NCBI GenBank assembly: GCA_042091225.1 | Contig: JBELHW010000003.1 | Span: 12,860-76,859, forward strand | Length of the DNA stretch: 64,000 nt | Source: Cryomorphaceae bacterium | GTDB lineage: Bacteria; Bacteroidota; Bacteroidia; Flavobacteriales; UBA7312 | Direction of reading: 5' to 3' | In this document: positions 1 through 9,542 of the stretch, one piece after another | Layout: each line of letters starts with the position of its first letter | How positions within the stretch are numbered: the first letter of the stretch is position 1 | Translations under genes and position numbers: made by a program | The notes under the pieces: model-generated | The model's input: only the letters and a program-made list of their open reading frames with translations | The model's database searches: none | Told to the model about the DNA's origin: nothing

Positions 1-31
1 TTTTTTTTATAAAATATGTACTTTTGAAGAG

Positions 32-2134
32 ATGATTAACAAATCAACAAATAAAACAATTAAAGTTAGTGGCATGACTTGTTCCAATTGTGCAAAAGGA
101 ATAGAAAATCATTTGCATAAAAATGGCTATGAAAACGTTAACGTTGATTTTCCTAATGGAGAAGTTAGCCTATCTGTTAATACTGACAATACACTATCAA
201 AAGCAAAAAAACTAATAAACGAAATAGGATTTAAGGCTCTTTCGGAAGGAGCTAAAGACAAATCAATAGGTGTTGAAAAGCTATTTTACATAAGCCTTTT
301 CTTTACAATCCCATTGTTCTTACACATGTTTGTTTCTAAAGAAAATATATTGAACAACCCAATTTTACAGTTTATATTATGTATTCCTATATTCATTATT
401 AGTCTTTCGTTTTTTGGAAAAAGCGGATGGAATTCTATTAAAAGTGGAGTGCCTAATATGGATGTTTTAATAATTATTGGAGTTACTGCTTCCTTTTTTT
501 ATAGCGTAGCAGGGGTTATTATGTTTTGGGGAACGGATCAACTTCATTCTTATTTATTTTTCGAAACCGCAGCAACAATTACTACACTTGTTCTATTAGG
601 AAATTTACTCGAAAACAAATCAGTAGTTAAAACAACCTCTGCGATAAAAGAGTTAAGCTCATATAGTAAGGTTATTTGCCAAAAGATTAATGACAAGGGA
701 GAAATAGAAAGAATTGAATCGAATAAGCTTAAAGTCGGTGATATTTTAATCATCAACAATGGTGATAAAATCCCAACTGATGGAAATATTATATCTGGAA
801 ACGGATATATTGACGAATCTTTGTTAAGTGGAGAAAGTAATCCAGTGTACAAAGATGTAAAAGATAAAGTAGCAGGCGGCACAATTATAGCAGAAGGAAG
901 CTTTAAAATGAAAGTTACTGCAACTAGCGAGGAAAACATTTTATCACAAATAATAAAGTTAGTAAAGCAGGCTCAAAACCAAAAACCTAAAATTCAGAAA
1001 ACAGGCGATAAAATCAGTTCTATTTTTGTACCCATTGTTATTGTTATATCAGCTTTAACATTTACTCTATCTTTCTTTGTTTTTAATCTTGCCTTGAGCG
1101 AATCTATTATGCGTGCTATCGCAGTACTCGTTATTTCTTGTCCTTGTGCCATGGGTTTAGCAACACCAACGGCAGTTATGGTAGGCTTAGGAAGAGCAGC
1201 TAAAAGCGGAATATTAATAAAAGGAGGAGATACATTAGAGCAATTTGCTAGAACAAAAAGCATCGTTTTTGATAAAACAGGAACAATTACAAATGGAGAG
1301 TTTACTATAAATAAAATAGAATTTTTAGAATCGGAAGAGCAGCATTATAAAAACATTATTTATTCGCTTGAAACACACTCATCTCATCCTTTGGCTAATG
1401 CCATTAAAGATGAACTCAATGATTGTTCTTACTTAGAGCTCACAAATGTAATAGAAGAAAAAGGATTTGGAATAAAAGCTTCCTATGAAGGAAGTAATTA
1501 CCAGTTTGGTTCTGCTAAATATACAGACAATAATGACAAAGATTTTAATCTATTTCTTAGAAAAGAAAATAAAACTGTTGCCAAATTACTTTGTACCGAT
1601 CAGATCAAACAAGATGCAAAAGAAACAATCAGAGATTTAAAAAAATTAGATATAAACTCTATTATTCTTAGTGGCGATAGCAATAATAAATGCCAGAAAA
1701 TAGCAAATGATGTAGGTATTAAAAATTGGTATGGAGAGCAAAGTCCTTCTCAAAAACTAGAGAAGATTGAGCATTTAAATTCTAATTCAAACGTTGCAAT
1801 GATAGGAGATGGAATAAATGATGCCCCAGCTTTGTCCAAAGCTAGTATTGGAGTTTCAATTGGGGGTAGCTCTCAAATTGCTATTGACGCTGCTCAAATT
1901 GTTTTACTAGATTCTAAATCATTAAAACAGTTAAAAAACGCTTTTCTTATAAGCAAACATACTTTACTTACTATTAAACAAAATTTATTTTGGGCGTTTT
2001 CTTATAATATTGTGGCAATTCCTCTAGCAGCATTCGGTCATTTAGAGCCAATGTATGCAGCCTTATTCATGGCATTTTCCGATGTAATTGTAATAGGAAA
2101 TTCTTTACGTCTAAAAAAGAAGAAATTAAATTAA
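32..2134 (+). CDS. copA: Heavy-metal translocating P1B-type ATPase, probably Cu(I)
   Basis: 700-aa ORF. N-terminal HMA domain with GMTCSNC. Transmembrane CPC motif (SCPCAMGLATP), phosphorylation site FDKTGTIT, hinge GDGINDAP, and YNIVAIP plus MAFSD in the last helices. Metal specificity is inferred, not shown. Confidence 0.9.
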   Translation: MINKSTNKTIKVSGMTCSNCAKGIENHLHKNGYENVNVDFPNGEVSLSVNTDNTLSKAKKLINEIGFKALSEGAKDKSIGVEKLFYISLFFTIPLFLHMFVSKENILNNPILQFILCIPIFIISLSFFGKSGWNSIKSGVPNMDVLIIIGVTASFFYSVAGVIMFWGTDQLHSYLFFETAATITTLVLLGNLLENKSVVKTTSAIKELSSYSKVICQKINDKGEIERIESNKLKVGDILIINNGDKIPTDGNIISGNGYIDESLLSGESNPVYKDVKDKVAGGTIIAEGSFKMKVTATSEENILSQIIKLVKQAQNQKPKIQKTGDKISSIFVPIVIVISALTFTLSFFVFNLALSESIMRAIAVLVISCPCAMGLATPTAVMVGLGRAAKSGILIKGGDTLEQFARTKSIVFDKTGTITNGEFTINKIEFLESEEQHYKNIIYSLETHSSHPLANAIKDELNDCSYLELTNVIEEKGFGIKASYEGSNYQFGSAKYTDNNDKDFNLFLRKENKTVAKLLCTDQIKQDAKETIRDLKKLDINSIILSGDSNNKCQKIANDVGIKNWYGEQSPSQKLEKIEHLNSNSNVAMIGDGINDAPALSKASIGVSIGGSSQIAIDAAQIVLLDSKSLKQLKNAFLISKHTLLTIKQNLFWAFSYNIVAIPLAAFGHLEPMYAALFMAFSDVIVIGNSLRLKKKKLN

Positions 2135-2833
2135 ATGATTTAGGCTAGTAACAGAGATTATCTTTTCTGTAGTAAATCCTTCAGCATATTTACAAGACGA
2201 TAATCTACCTAAATTAGATGCTCTATATTTTATACTTTCTAAAAAATCTTGTGAGGAAATAATTGTCTTAGGTTCGGCTGAATCAGGATTATAAAATTGA
2301 GATTTATAAGCTAATACAGATTCCATTTTTTTATCCATAAAATCAGAAATATCAACAACAAAGTCTGGAGTAATTTCATGGAATTGAATATAATGATAAA
2401 CGTGTTTTGGTCTCCAAGCATCTTGGCCCGTATCGATTTTAGTCAAACCAGATAAAAAACAAGCATCAGAAACTAAAGAAGAACCCTTTGCATGATCAGG
2501 GTGTCTATCACTTACCGCATTACACAGAATTATTTTAGGTCGATATTCCCTGATTATCTTTACCAGCTCTAATTGGTGCATTTCATCATTTTGAAAAAAT
2601 CCATCTCTAAAATTCATGTTATGCCTAAATTCTACACCTAAAATTTGTGCTGCATGAGCAGATTCTTTATCTCTAATTTCAGCGCTTCCTCTTGTGCCAA
2701 GTTCACCTCTGGTTAAATCTATTATTCCTACTTTGTTTCCTTCGGAAATATGTTTTAAGATAGTTCCAGCACAACTCAGCTCGACATCATCAGGATGTGC
2801 ACCAATTGCTAATATGTCAATTTGATTATTCAT
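2126..2833 (-). CDS. bshB1: PIG-L/LmbE family deacetylase, bacillithiol biosynthesis BshB1-like
   Basis: 235 aa. N-terminus DILAIGAHPDDVELSCAGT...DLTRGELGTRGSAEIR is the typical LmbE/BshB1 metal-binding signature. Converges on copA with a 9-nt overlap. Confidence 0.75.
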   Translation of the reverse strand: MNNQIDILAIGAHPDDVELSCAGTILKHISEGNKVGIIDLTRGELGTRGSAEIRDKESAHAAQILGVEFRHNMNFRDGFFQNDEMHQLELVKIIREYRPKIILCNAVSDRHPDHAKGSSLVSDACFLSGLTKIDTGQDAWRPKHVYHYIQFHEITPDFVVDISDFMDKKMESVLAYKSQFYNPDSAEPKTIISSQDFLESIKYRASNLGRLSSCKYAEGFTTEKIISVTSLNHLI

Positions 2834-5800
2834 TATTTTTTTAAAGTTTTTTGCTTAAAATAAGCAACTGTAGTTACTATAAAAATAATAGCAATAGAAT
2901 AATATACAAAAGTTGGAATTGGCATTGGGTCTCCCTGTGCATAAGAATGAAGTCCGGAAAGATAAAAATTCACTCCAAAATAGGTCATTATAATTGATCC
3001 ATAAGCTACTAATGATGCAAAATTAAATACGAAAGCACTTTTAAGTTTAGGTATAAACCTTAAATGCAATACAAATATATAACACAACATACTTGCAAAA
3101 GCCCAAGTTTCTTTTGGGTCCCAACCCCAATATCTACCCCATGACTCATTTGCCCATACACCCCCTAAAAATGTTCCTATTGACAACATAAATAAGCCAA
3201 TCGTAATACTCATTTCGTTAATATAGGTTAGCTCGCTGATAGAGTTTTTTATTCTTTTAAAATTCACCTTATTCTGTAATATCATCAATGCAAGATTCAT
3301 AAAACCAAGTATTGCTCCAAGAGCTAAGAAACCATAGCTAGCGGTAATGATAGCTACATGAATCATTAACCAATAAGAATCTAAAACGGGAACCAAATTT
3401 GTAATTTCAGGATCTAACCAATTTAATGCAGCAACCATTAAAAGTAGTGAAGAAATAACCGAAGTTGCAGCCATACTCATCATGCTTTTTTTAGAAAAAA
3501 CGAACCCAGCTAATATAGTTGCCCATGCGATATAAATCACACTCTCATAGGCATTACTCCAAGGAGCATGGTCAGAGATATACCATCTAGCAATTAGACC
3601 AATTGTATGAACAAAAAAACCAGCTACCAATAAATAAAATCCTACACGAATGACGGACATTCTCCAATTTCTATGCTTTAATACATTTTGTAATAAAAGG
3701 AGAATCATTATAAGACCAATTATCGCATAGTAAGAAGTAAGTTTATTAAAAACTTTTAATTCGTTATAGAGCGATTCAACTTTTAGCTTAGTTTTTGAAG
3801 GATAGACATTTACTCCATATTTTTGTTGGTACTTTTTAATGGCATCTAAAGTATTATTAGCAACAGACCAATCTCCATCATTTTGTGCTTGTGCAATGCT
3901 TGTAAAATAAATAGGTAAAATTGAAAAAACAAATAAAGAATCATCACCAGTAAATACATCACTTGACTGATAAGTTGAATACCATTTATCGTTAGAATCA
4001 TTTGCAAGAGGGAAAAACCTAAAAAATGATCCATTATATAGCATGTAGCAAACGTTTACTCTTTCGTCTACCGCAATTACTTCTTTATCGTACTTAGACC
4101 TCATAGCAGGTTTTTTAGCATAAGCTTTTTCTACTTTATCTGTGAGTACGTAACTTGCTTCAAAACTAAAAAAGGACAAAAACGAAGTATATTTTTGATC
4201 AATACCTAATTCCTTTTGTAATTCTTCATTTCCTACCTTAATAATAGGTGCTTGTTGCCATAAATAAGGATTTTGAGCCATTCCGAGAACAACCTGGTTT
4301 GCGTTTAATCCTAAATAATCGCTTTTCCTAAGCACTTTTCTTAAAATCTCAGAACTAGAGGTGCTAAAAGGTTTCATTCTTCCGCCGTTATCTTGAACAA
4401 CTAACATCCCGAATTCGTTAGCATGAGATTCCTCTATAGCTGAAGCTAAAATTAAAGAATCTGTAGAATGACTGTGAGCATCAAAAGAGTTTAAAGTGAA
4501 AAATATAAGCACTAATGACGCAAGTCTTTTAGCATCAATATCCCTCAACTTTCTTCTAAGACTGCTAAATCTAGTTTTTTTAGAAAAAACAGTAAAAATC
4601 ATTCCTAAGGACATCAGAAAATATCCTAAATAACTAATAAGTGTTCCCCAAAAATCATGATTCACAGATAATACTGTTCCAAGCTCGTCTTGGTCATAGG
4701 AAGATTGAAAGAATCTATACCCCCTGTGATCTAAAACATTATTCATATAAATTCTATGGTCTTGTTCGAGCTGTCCATCAATAAGAGTTACTTCGCTAGC
4801 AAAAGAGGAAGGACTATTCGAACCAGGGTAGCGATCTAACTGAAAATCATTTAGTTGAATTTTAAATGGCGTAATAAAAAATTTAGAGCCATAAGACACA
4901 GAGAAATTTAAACCATCTAACTCAAAATGAGATTTAGAGGTTACAAATCCTCTATCACCAAATAAAGTTAAATTCTTTGTTTGGTTATTGCAATTTACCT
5001 TAACTAAAAGCGCATCTTCTATTTCTTGCCCTTCCGGATTTTCAACTGAATAATAATCTACCTTTGAGTTTTCACTAATTGTAGGTATTACAAAATTATA
5101 ACCAGGCATAGAATATAAAGACCGCAACATAATTGGTTGGATACTATCTCTTTTTTGAGTTCCCGAAAAACGATCGGCCATTCGCATAAAATCTGCATCA
5201 GAGGGCAATTGAATCATTAATAACTCATCTTGGTAGAAAAAATTAACATGTCCTTGCAAAGGAGTACCGAATGAAAAATTAAGTCCCAGAAATTGATTAG
5301 CAGTATTTTCTTCCAAATAAAAGGTTTCTCTTCCGTTTTGTCCGGCCATTACAATCGTTAAAATTTCCTTTTCACCCTGACCAACTAACAAGGTATCTTT
5401 AGCATTTTTGATGTAATCAACATATTCTATTGAAATATCGTTGTCTAAAAAATCTAAATTATTTTTAAAATGATTTGACTTTAAAAAAGAAAGAGGACCA
5501 TTATAATCGTGAAGTAAAATAGGAGTATCGTGTTCGTACTGAAATTTATTATTATGAACTTTAAATTGTAAAAATGTTTGATCGGATACAATCAAATTTG
5601 ACGAATCATTTTCACGTATCGACATTGTACCCTCGAAACTAACGTATCTAGTAATGCCAGCCCCAATGGTAATTACAATAAATGAAATATGAAAAAGTAG
5701 TACAGGCCATTTTTCTTTTCTGAGTAAATTGTATCGCCTGATATTATACAACATATTAATGTTTAATAGGACAATGATTACTTCAAACCAATGGGCATTA

Positions 5801-5937
5801 TACACCAAAGCTTTTGCTGTTTGAGTACCATAATCGTTTTCAATAAACGTAGCGTATGCTACCGCAATAAAAAAGGTTAAAACCAAAATTGTCATGAATT
5901 TCATTGACAATAAAAAAGATTTAATTTTATTTAACAT
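2833..5937 (-). CDS. ccsA: Fused cytochrome c biogenesis protein (ResB/CcsB-like N-terminal part plus CcsA C-terminal part, System II)
   Basis: 1034 aa and polytopic. The C-terminal region carries the Trp-rich heme-handling motif WGRYWGWDPKETWAF. A large soluble domain lies between TM helices, as in ResB. Confidence 0.85.
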   Translation of the reverse strand: MLNKIKSFLLSMKFMTILVLTFFIAVAYATFIENDYGTQTAKALVYNAHWFEVIIVLLNINMLYNIRRYNLLRKEKWPVLLFHISFIVITIGAGITRYVSFEGTMSIRENDSSNLIVSDQTFLQFKVHNNKFQYEHDTPILLHDYNGPLSFLKSNHFKNNLDFLDNDISIEYVDYIKNAKDTLLVGQGEKEILTIVMAGQNGRETFYLEENTANQFLGLNFSFGTPLQGHVNFFYQDELLMIQLPSDADFMRMADRFSGTQKRDSIQPIMLRSLYSMPGYNFVIPTISENSKVDYYSVENPEGQEIEDALLVKVNCNNQTKNLTLFGDRGFVTSKSHFELDGLNFSVSYGSKFFITPFKIQLNDFQLDRYPGSNSPSSFASEVTLIDGQLEQDHRIYMNNVLDHRGYRFFQSSYDQDELGTVLSVNHDFWGTLISYLGYFLMSLGMIFTVFSKKTRFSSLRRKLRDIDAKRLASLVLIFFTLNSFDAHSHSTDSLILASAIEESHANEFGMLVVQDNGGRMKPFSTSSSEILRKVLRKSDYLGLNANQVVLGMAQNPYLWQQAPIIKVGNEELQKELGIDQKYTSFLSFFSFEASYVLTDKVEKAYAKKPAMRSKYDKEVIAVDERVNVCYMLYNGSFFRFFPLANDSNDKWYSTYQSSDVFTGDDSLFVFSILPIYFTSIAQAQNDGDWSVANNTLDAIKKYQQKYGVNVYPSKTKLKVESLYNELKVFNKLTSYYAIIGLIMILLLLQNVLKHRNWRMSVIRVGFYLLVAGFFVHTIGLIARWYISDHAPWSNAYESVIYIAWATILAGFVFSKKSMMSMAATSVISSLLLMVAALNWLDPEITNLVPVLDSYWLMIHVAIITASYGFLALGAILGFMNLALMILQNKVNFKRIKNSISELTYINEMSITIGLFMLSIGTFLGGVWANESWGRYWGWDPKETWAFASMLCYIFVLHLRFIPKLKSAFVFNFASLVAYGSIIMTYFGVNFYLSGLHSYAQGDPMPIPTFVYYSIAIIFIVTTVAYFKQKTLKK

Positions 5938-6012
5938 TTATCTACTAAATTTGTTGGTACAAAATTACTTAATTTTGACGCTATAATTCCCATATTTCTA
6001 TTAAAAAATACA

Positions 6013-6762
6013 ATGAAAAAAATCACTCTTATTGGCTCAGGAAATTTAGGAACACAATTAGGTATTTCTCTAGCTAAAAACGGTTATAAGATTGTTCAAG
6101 TATTTAGCAAATCGATAGAAAATGCTACAATTCTTGCTAACAAGCTAAATAGTAAACCCATAGATAACTTAAACCAACTTGAAAATACCGATTTAGCAAT
6201 TATTTCAGTAAATGACGATATCGTTTCCGAACTAAGTCAACTTATTAACTTTCCGCAAGTGCACACTTCCGGAATGGTAAGTATGAATAAACTTAATAAA
6301 AAATATTCTGTTGGTGTTTTTTATCCTTTACAGACTTTTTCTAAAAATAAAAAAGTCGAATTCGACCAAATACCCATTTGCATAGAATCTGATGACAATG
6401 AATTTTTAAAAAAAATTGAAAAACTGGCATATTCACTTTCTAGAAAAGTGTATGTAATGGACGAAAATAAAAGATCAAAATTACATCTTAGTGCTGTTAT
6501 TTCTTGCAATTTTTCTAATCTAATGTACCAATTTGCAAACGAAATTTGTAAAGAAAATGATATTCCTTTTGAAGTATTGCACAATTTAATAGAAGAAACC
6601 TCATTAAAAATTCAAAATATTAGTCCGAAAAATGCTCAAACAGGACCAGCAAAAAGATTGGATAAAATTACTATAGATAAACATTTGACTATTCTCAAAG
6701 AAAATCAAGAATTAAAAGAAATTTATAACTCCTTAAGCAACAGCATAATTAAAAGAAAATGA
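6013..6762 (+). CDS. Rossmann-fold NAD(P)-binding protein (DUF2520-like)
   Basis: 249 aa. N-terminal dinucleotide-binding motif ITLIGSGNLGTQLG. 4-nt overlap with the downstream kdsC. Confidence 0.55.
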   Translation: MKKITLIGSGNLGTQLGISLAKNGYKIVQVFSKSIENATILANKLNSKPIDNLNQLENTDLAIISVNDDIVSELSQLINFPQVHTSGMVSMNKLNKKYSVGVFYPLQTFSKNKKVEFDQIPICIESDDNEFLKKIEKLAYSLSRKVYVMDENKRSKLHLSAVISCNFSNLMYQFANEICKENDIPFEVLHNLIEETSLKIQNISPKNAQTGPAKRLDKITIDKHLTILKENQELKEIYNSLSNSIIKRK

Positions 6763-7253
6763 ATTACAAGCAAATTTTACCACAAATAACCACTTTTATT
6801 TTTGACGTAGACGGCGTTCTTACTGATGGATCAATACTTTTAATGCCCAGCGGTGAACAGATAAGAAACATGAATACTAAAGATGGTTTAGCAATTAGAA
6901 AAGCTATCTCTTTAGGATATAAGATAATAATTATATCAGGTGGTAAAAGCGAGGGACTGAAAAAAAGATTTGTATATTTAAATATTACAGACGTATACCT
7001 AGGATGCTCTGACAAGAAGGATGCTCTAAATGAATTGATAGAAATTTATGATTTAAACACTGATCATATTTTATATATGGGTGATGATCTTAATGACTTA
7101 GAGATAATGAATGAAGTCGGACTCCCCTGCTCACCTCAAGACGGTGCTAGTGAAGTAAAAGAAATCTCAAAATACATTTCATATAAAAATGGAGGCAAAG
7201 GGTGTGTAAGAGACGTAATTGAACAAACTCTTAGAGTGCAAAAAAAATGGTAA
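6759..7253 (+). CDS. kdsC: HAD-family 3-deoxy-D-manno-octulosonate 8-phosphate phosphatase
   Basis: 164 aa. HAD motif I FIFDVDGVLTDG and motif IV MGDDLNDL. Size and sequence are typical of KdsC. Confidence 0.8.
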   Translation: MNYKQILPQITTFIFDVDGVLTDGSILLMPSGEQIRNMNTKDGLAIRKAISLGYKIIIISGGKSEGLKKRFVYLNITDVYLGCSDKKDALNELIEIYDLNTDHILYMGDDLNDLEIMNEVGLPCSPQDGASEVKEISKYISYKNGGKGCVRDVIEQTLRVQKKW

Positions 7254-7254
7254 T

Positions 7255-8148
7255 ATGAATGTAGTTTCTGACTTTTTAAATTTAGTTAGGTATAAAAATT
7301 TATTGATAATTATTCTAACTCAATTTATAATAAAGTATGTTTTAATAAACCCTCATATTTCTAGCTACAATTTAAATAATTTTAACTTTAGTTTATTGGT
7401 GATTTCGACGATTTTAATTGCTGGAGCAGGTAATATTGTAAACGATTATTTTGACATTAAAATAGATCAATTTAATCAAAGAAAAATTATTATAGGCGAA
7501 ACCATAAAAAGACGAATTGCAATAATTTTGCACTTATTATTTAGCATCGTAGGAATTATTATAGGCTTCTATTTGTCGTACAAAATAGAACTTACTTTTC
7601 TCGGCTTTATTAATCTCTTTTGTGTTGTTAGCCTTTGGTTTTACTCTACCACTTTTAAAAGAAAGCCTATTGTTGGAAATTTATTAATTGCATTTTTATC
7701 TGCATTAGTTTTAATTGTTATTCCTCTATATGATCTATTACCAATATTAAATGAAGAATCATTAGCAGTTATAACAAAAGTATCTTTTTATGTCTTTTTT
7801 GCTTTTTTCTTTTCTTTCATAAGAGAAATCATCAAAGATCTTGAAGATATTGATGGAGATTTAAAAGCTGGACTAAAAACATTTGCTATTACATTAGGAA
7901 TAAAAAGAACAAAAAAAGTGTTGAAAATCTTAACAGTCTTTATGTTATTTGTTTTTCTTTATTTAATAACATTATTCTATCCATCAGATTATTTTACCTT
8001 CTTTTACCTTCTTTTACTCGTAACAACTCCTCTTTTTATATTTTTCATTTTACTTTTTAAATCGGAAACAAAAAAAGAATATAGTATATTGAGTATGTTG
8101 CTAAAGCTAATAATGCTTAGCGGTATTTTTTCAATGTTTATTATTTAG
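7255..8148 (+). CDS. UbiA-family prenyltransferase (digeranylgeranylglyceryl-phosphate-synthase-like)
   Basis: Polytopic membrane protein. Asp-rich motifs NIVNDYFDIKIDQ and IKDLEDIDGDLKAG. The ATG at 7255, 1 nt after the kdsC stop, is preferred over the TTG at 7219 used by the ORF track. Confidence 0.8.
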   Translation: MNVVSDFLNLVRYKNLLIIILTQFIIKYVLINPHISSYNLNNFNFSLLVISTILIAGAGNIVNDYFDIKIDQFNQRKIIIGETIKRRIAIILHLLFSIVGIIIGFYLSYKIELTFLGFINLFCVVSLWFYSTTFKRKPIVGNLLIAFLSALVLIVIPLYDLLPILNEESLAVITKVSFYVFFAFFFSFIREIIKDLEDIDGDLKAGLKTFAITLGIKRTKKVLKILTVFMLFVFLYLITLFYPSDYFTFFYLLLLVTTPLFIFFILLFKSETKKEYSILSMLLKLIMLSGIFSMFII

Positions 8149-8160
8149 TAACTCAATAAA

Positions 8161-8736
8161 ATGATTTCCGAAAAATTTAAAAATCAAAAGATAATTTTAG
8201 CAAGTAACTCTCCAAGAAGAAAAGAATTATTCTCTTGTTTAGATTTACCATTTGAAATTTTTACGAAACAAATTGACGAAAATTTTCCGGAAGAAATTCC
8301 GATAAATGAGGTTGCTGAATTTTTAGCTAAAAAGAAGGCTAACTCTTACAATCTTAATAAAAATGAAATTTATATTACTGCTGATACAATAGTAATACAC
8401 CAGAATAAAATTCTTAATAAACCAAAGGATGAGGCCCAAGCAAGTGAAATGTTACATGTAATCTCAAATTCGTGTAATACTGTTATAACCGGTGTATGTA
8501 TTCAATCTAGAGAAAAGCAAATTTCATTTTCAGAATCATCAACAGTTTATTTTTCATCTTTAGAAGATAAAGAAATAAAATTTTATATTGATAGATATAA
8601 TCCGCTAGATAAGGCTGGAGCATATGGAATCCAAGATTGGATTGGAAAAATAGGTGTTAAAAAAATTGATGGATGTTTTTATAACATAATGGGTTTACCA
8701 ATTCAAAAACTATATCAGGAACTAAAAAAGTATTAA
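8161..8736 (+). CDS. maf: Maf-like nucleoside triphosphate pyrophosphatase (septum formation protein)
   Basis: 191 aa. ILASNSPRRKELF N-terminus and KAGAYGIQD near the C-terminus. Confidence 0.85.
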   Translation: MISEKFKNQKIILASNSPRRKELFSCLDLPFEIFTKQIDENFPEEIPINEVAEFLAKKKANSYNLNKNEIYITADTIVIHQNKILNKPKDEAQASEMLHVISNSCNTVITGVCIQSREKQISFSESSTVYFSSLEDKEIKFYIDRYNPLDKAGAYGIQDWIGKIGVKKIDGCFYNIMGLPIQKLYQELKKY

Positions 8737-8783
8737 GCATTATAAAATTAGTATTTTTGTTATTCTATTTAATTTTAACATAA

Positions 8784-9539
8784 ATGAAGAATCTGAACAT
8801 TTTATTTATCCTTTTTTCAATTCTAATTACATCGTGTTCTCCGATGAGTAAAATGGTTTTGATGAATGATGACAAGATAAAAGTTGCAATTAGTAAACCT
8901 GTCCCTACGGAACACTTATTTCAAATTGGAGATGTACTTCATGTTAAAATATTAGGTGTAAACGAAGAATCTTTTGGCTTGTTTAACGTCGAAACAAATG
9001 CAAATAACATACAGGCTACAACTGCTAACCTATATTTGAATGGTTTTACAATTGACAATAATGGTAAAATTGAAATACCAACATTAGGTAAAATTTATGT
9101 TAAGGATTTAAACCTTGAACAAACAAAAAAAGCAATTCAGCAAAAAGCAGATGAGTTTTTAGTTAACTCAACTGTGATTGTAAAGCACATTAATTTTGAA
9201 ATTACTCTTCTTGGAGAAGTAAATAGACCCGGAACTTTTACAGTCTTTAAACAAAACATTAGCATTTTTGAAGCACTAGGTCTTGCTGGTGATCTTACAG
9301 ATTACGCTAATCGAAAAAAAATTACAATCATTAGAGGAAACGAAACAATTCCAGTAAATCTAACTAAAAAAGAAATCTTGTACCTTAAAGAGTATTATCT
9401 TAAGCCTAATGATGTAGTTTACATCAAACCATTATCTAATGTTCGTTTAAGAAGTTCAAATGCTCAGATTTATATTTCTGCAATTTCTACAATTGCCCTA
9501 GTTGCCAATATCGTTCTTGGTATATTTAATTCAAATTAA
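8784..9539 (+). CDS. wza: Polysaccharide export outer-membrane lipoprotein (Wza-like)
   Basis: 251 aa. Lipoprotein-type signal (LITSCS). Poly_export/SLBB-like blocks (IGDVLHVKILG, GEVNRPGTFTV, LKPNDVVYI). Sits directly upstream of the Wzc-like gene. Confidence 0.8.
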   Translation: MKNLNILFILFSILITSCSPMSKMVLMNDDKIKVAISKPVPTEHLFQIGDVLHVKILGVNEESFGLFNVETNANNIQATTANLYLNGFTIDNNGKIEIPTLGKIYVKDLNLEQTKKAIQQKADEFLVNSTVIVKHINFEITLLGEVNRPGTFTVFKQNISIFEALGLAGDLTDYANRKKITIIRGNETIPVNLTKKEILYLKEYYLKPNDVVYIKPLSNVRLRSSNAQIYISAISTIALVANIVLGIFNSN

Positions 9540-9542
9540 CTT

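Noticed and set aside
7991-8020. Three near-identical tandem 10-nt units ((a/c)TTTTACCTT...) within the UbiA-family gene
   Set aside because: The 30 nt together keep the frame and encode a hydrophobic helix segment (FTFFYLLLLV). This is low-complexity membrane-protein coding sequence rather than a functional repeat.
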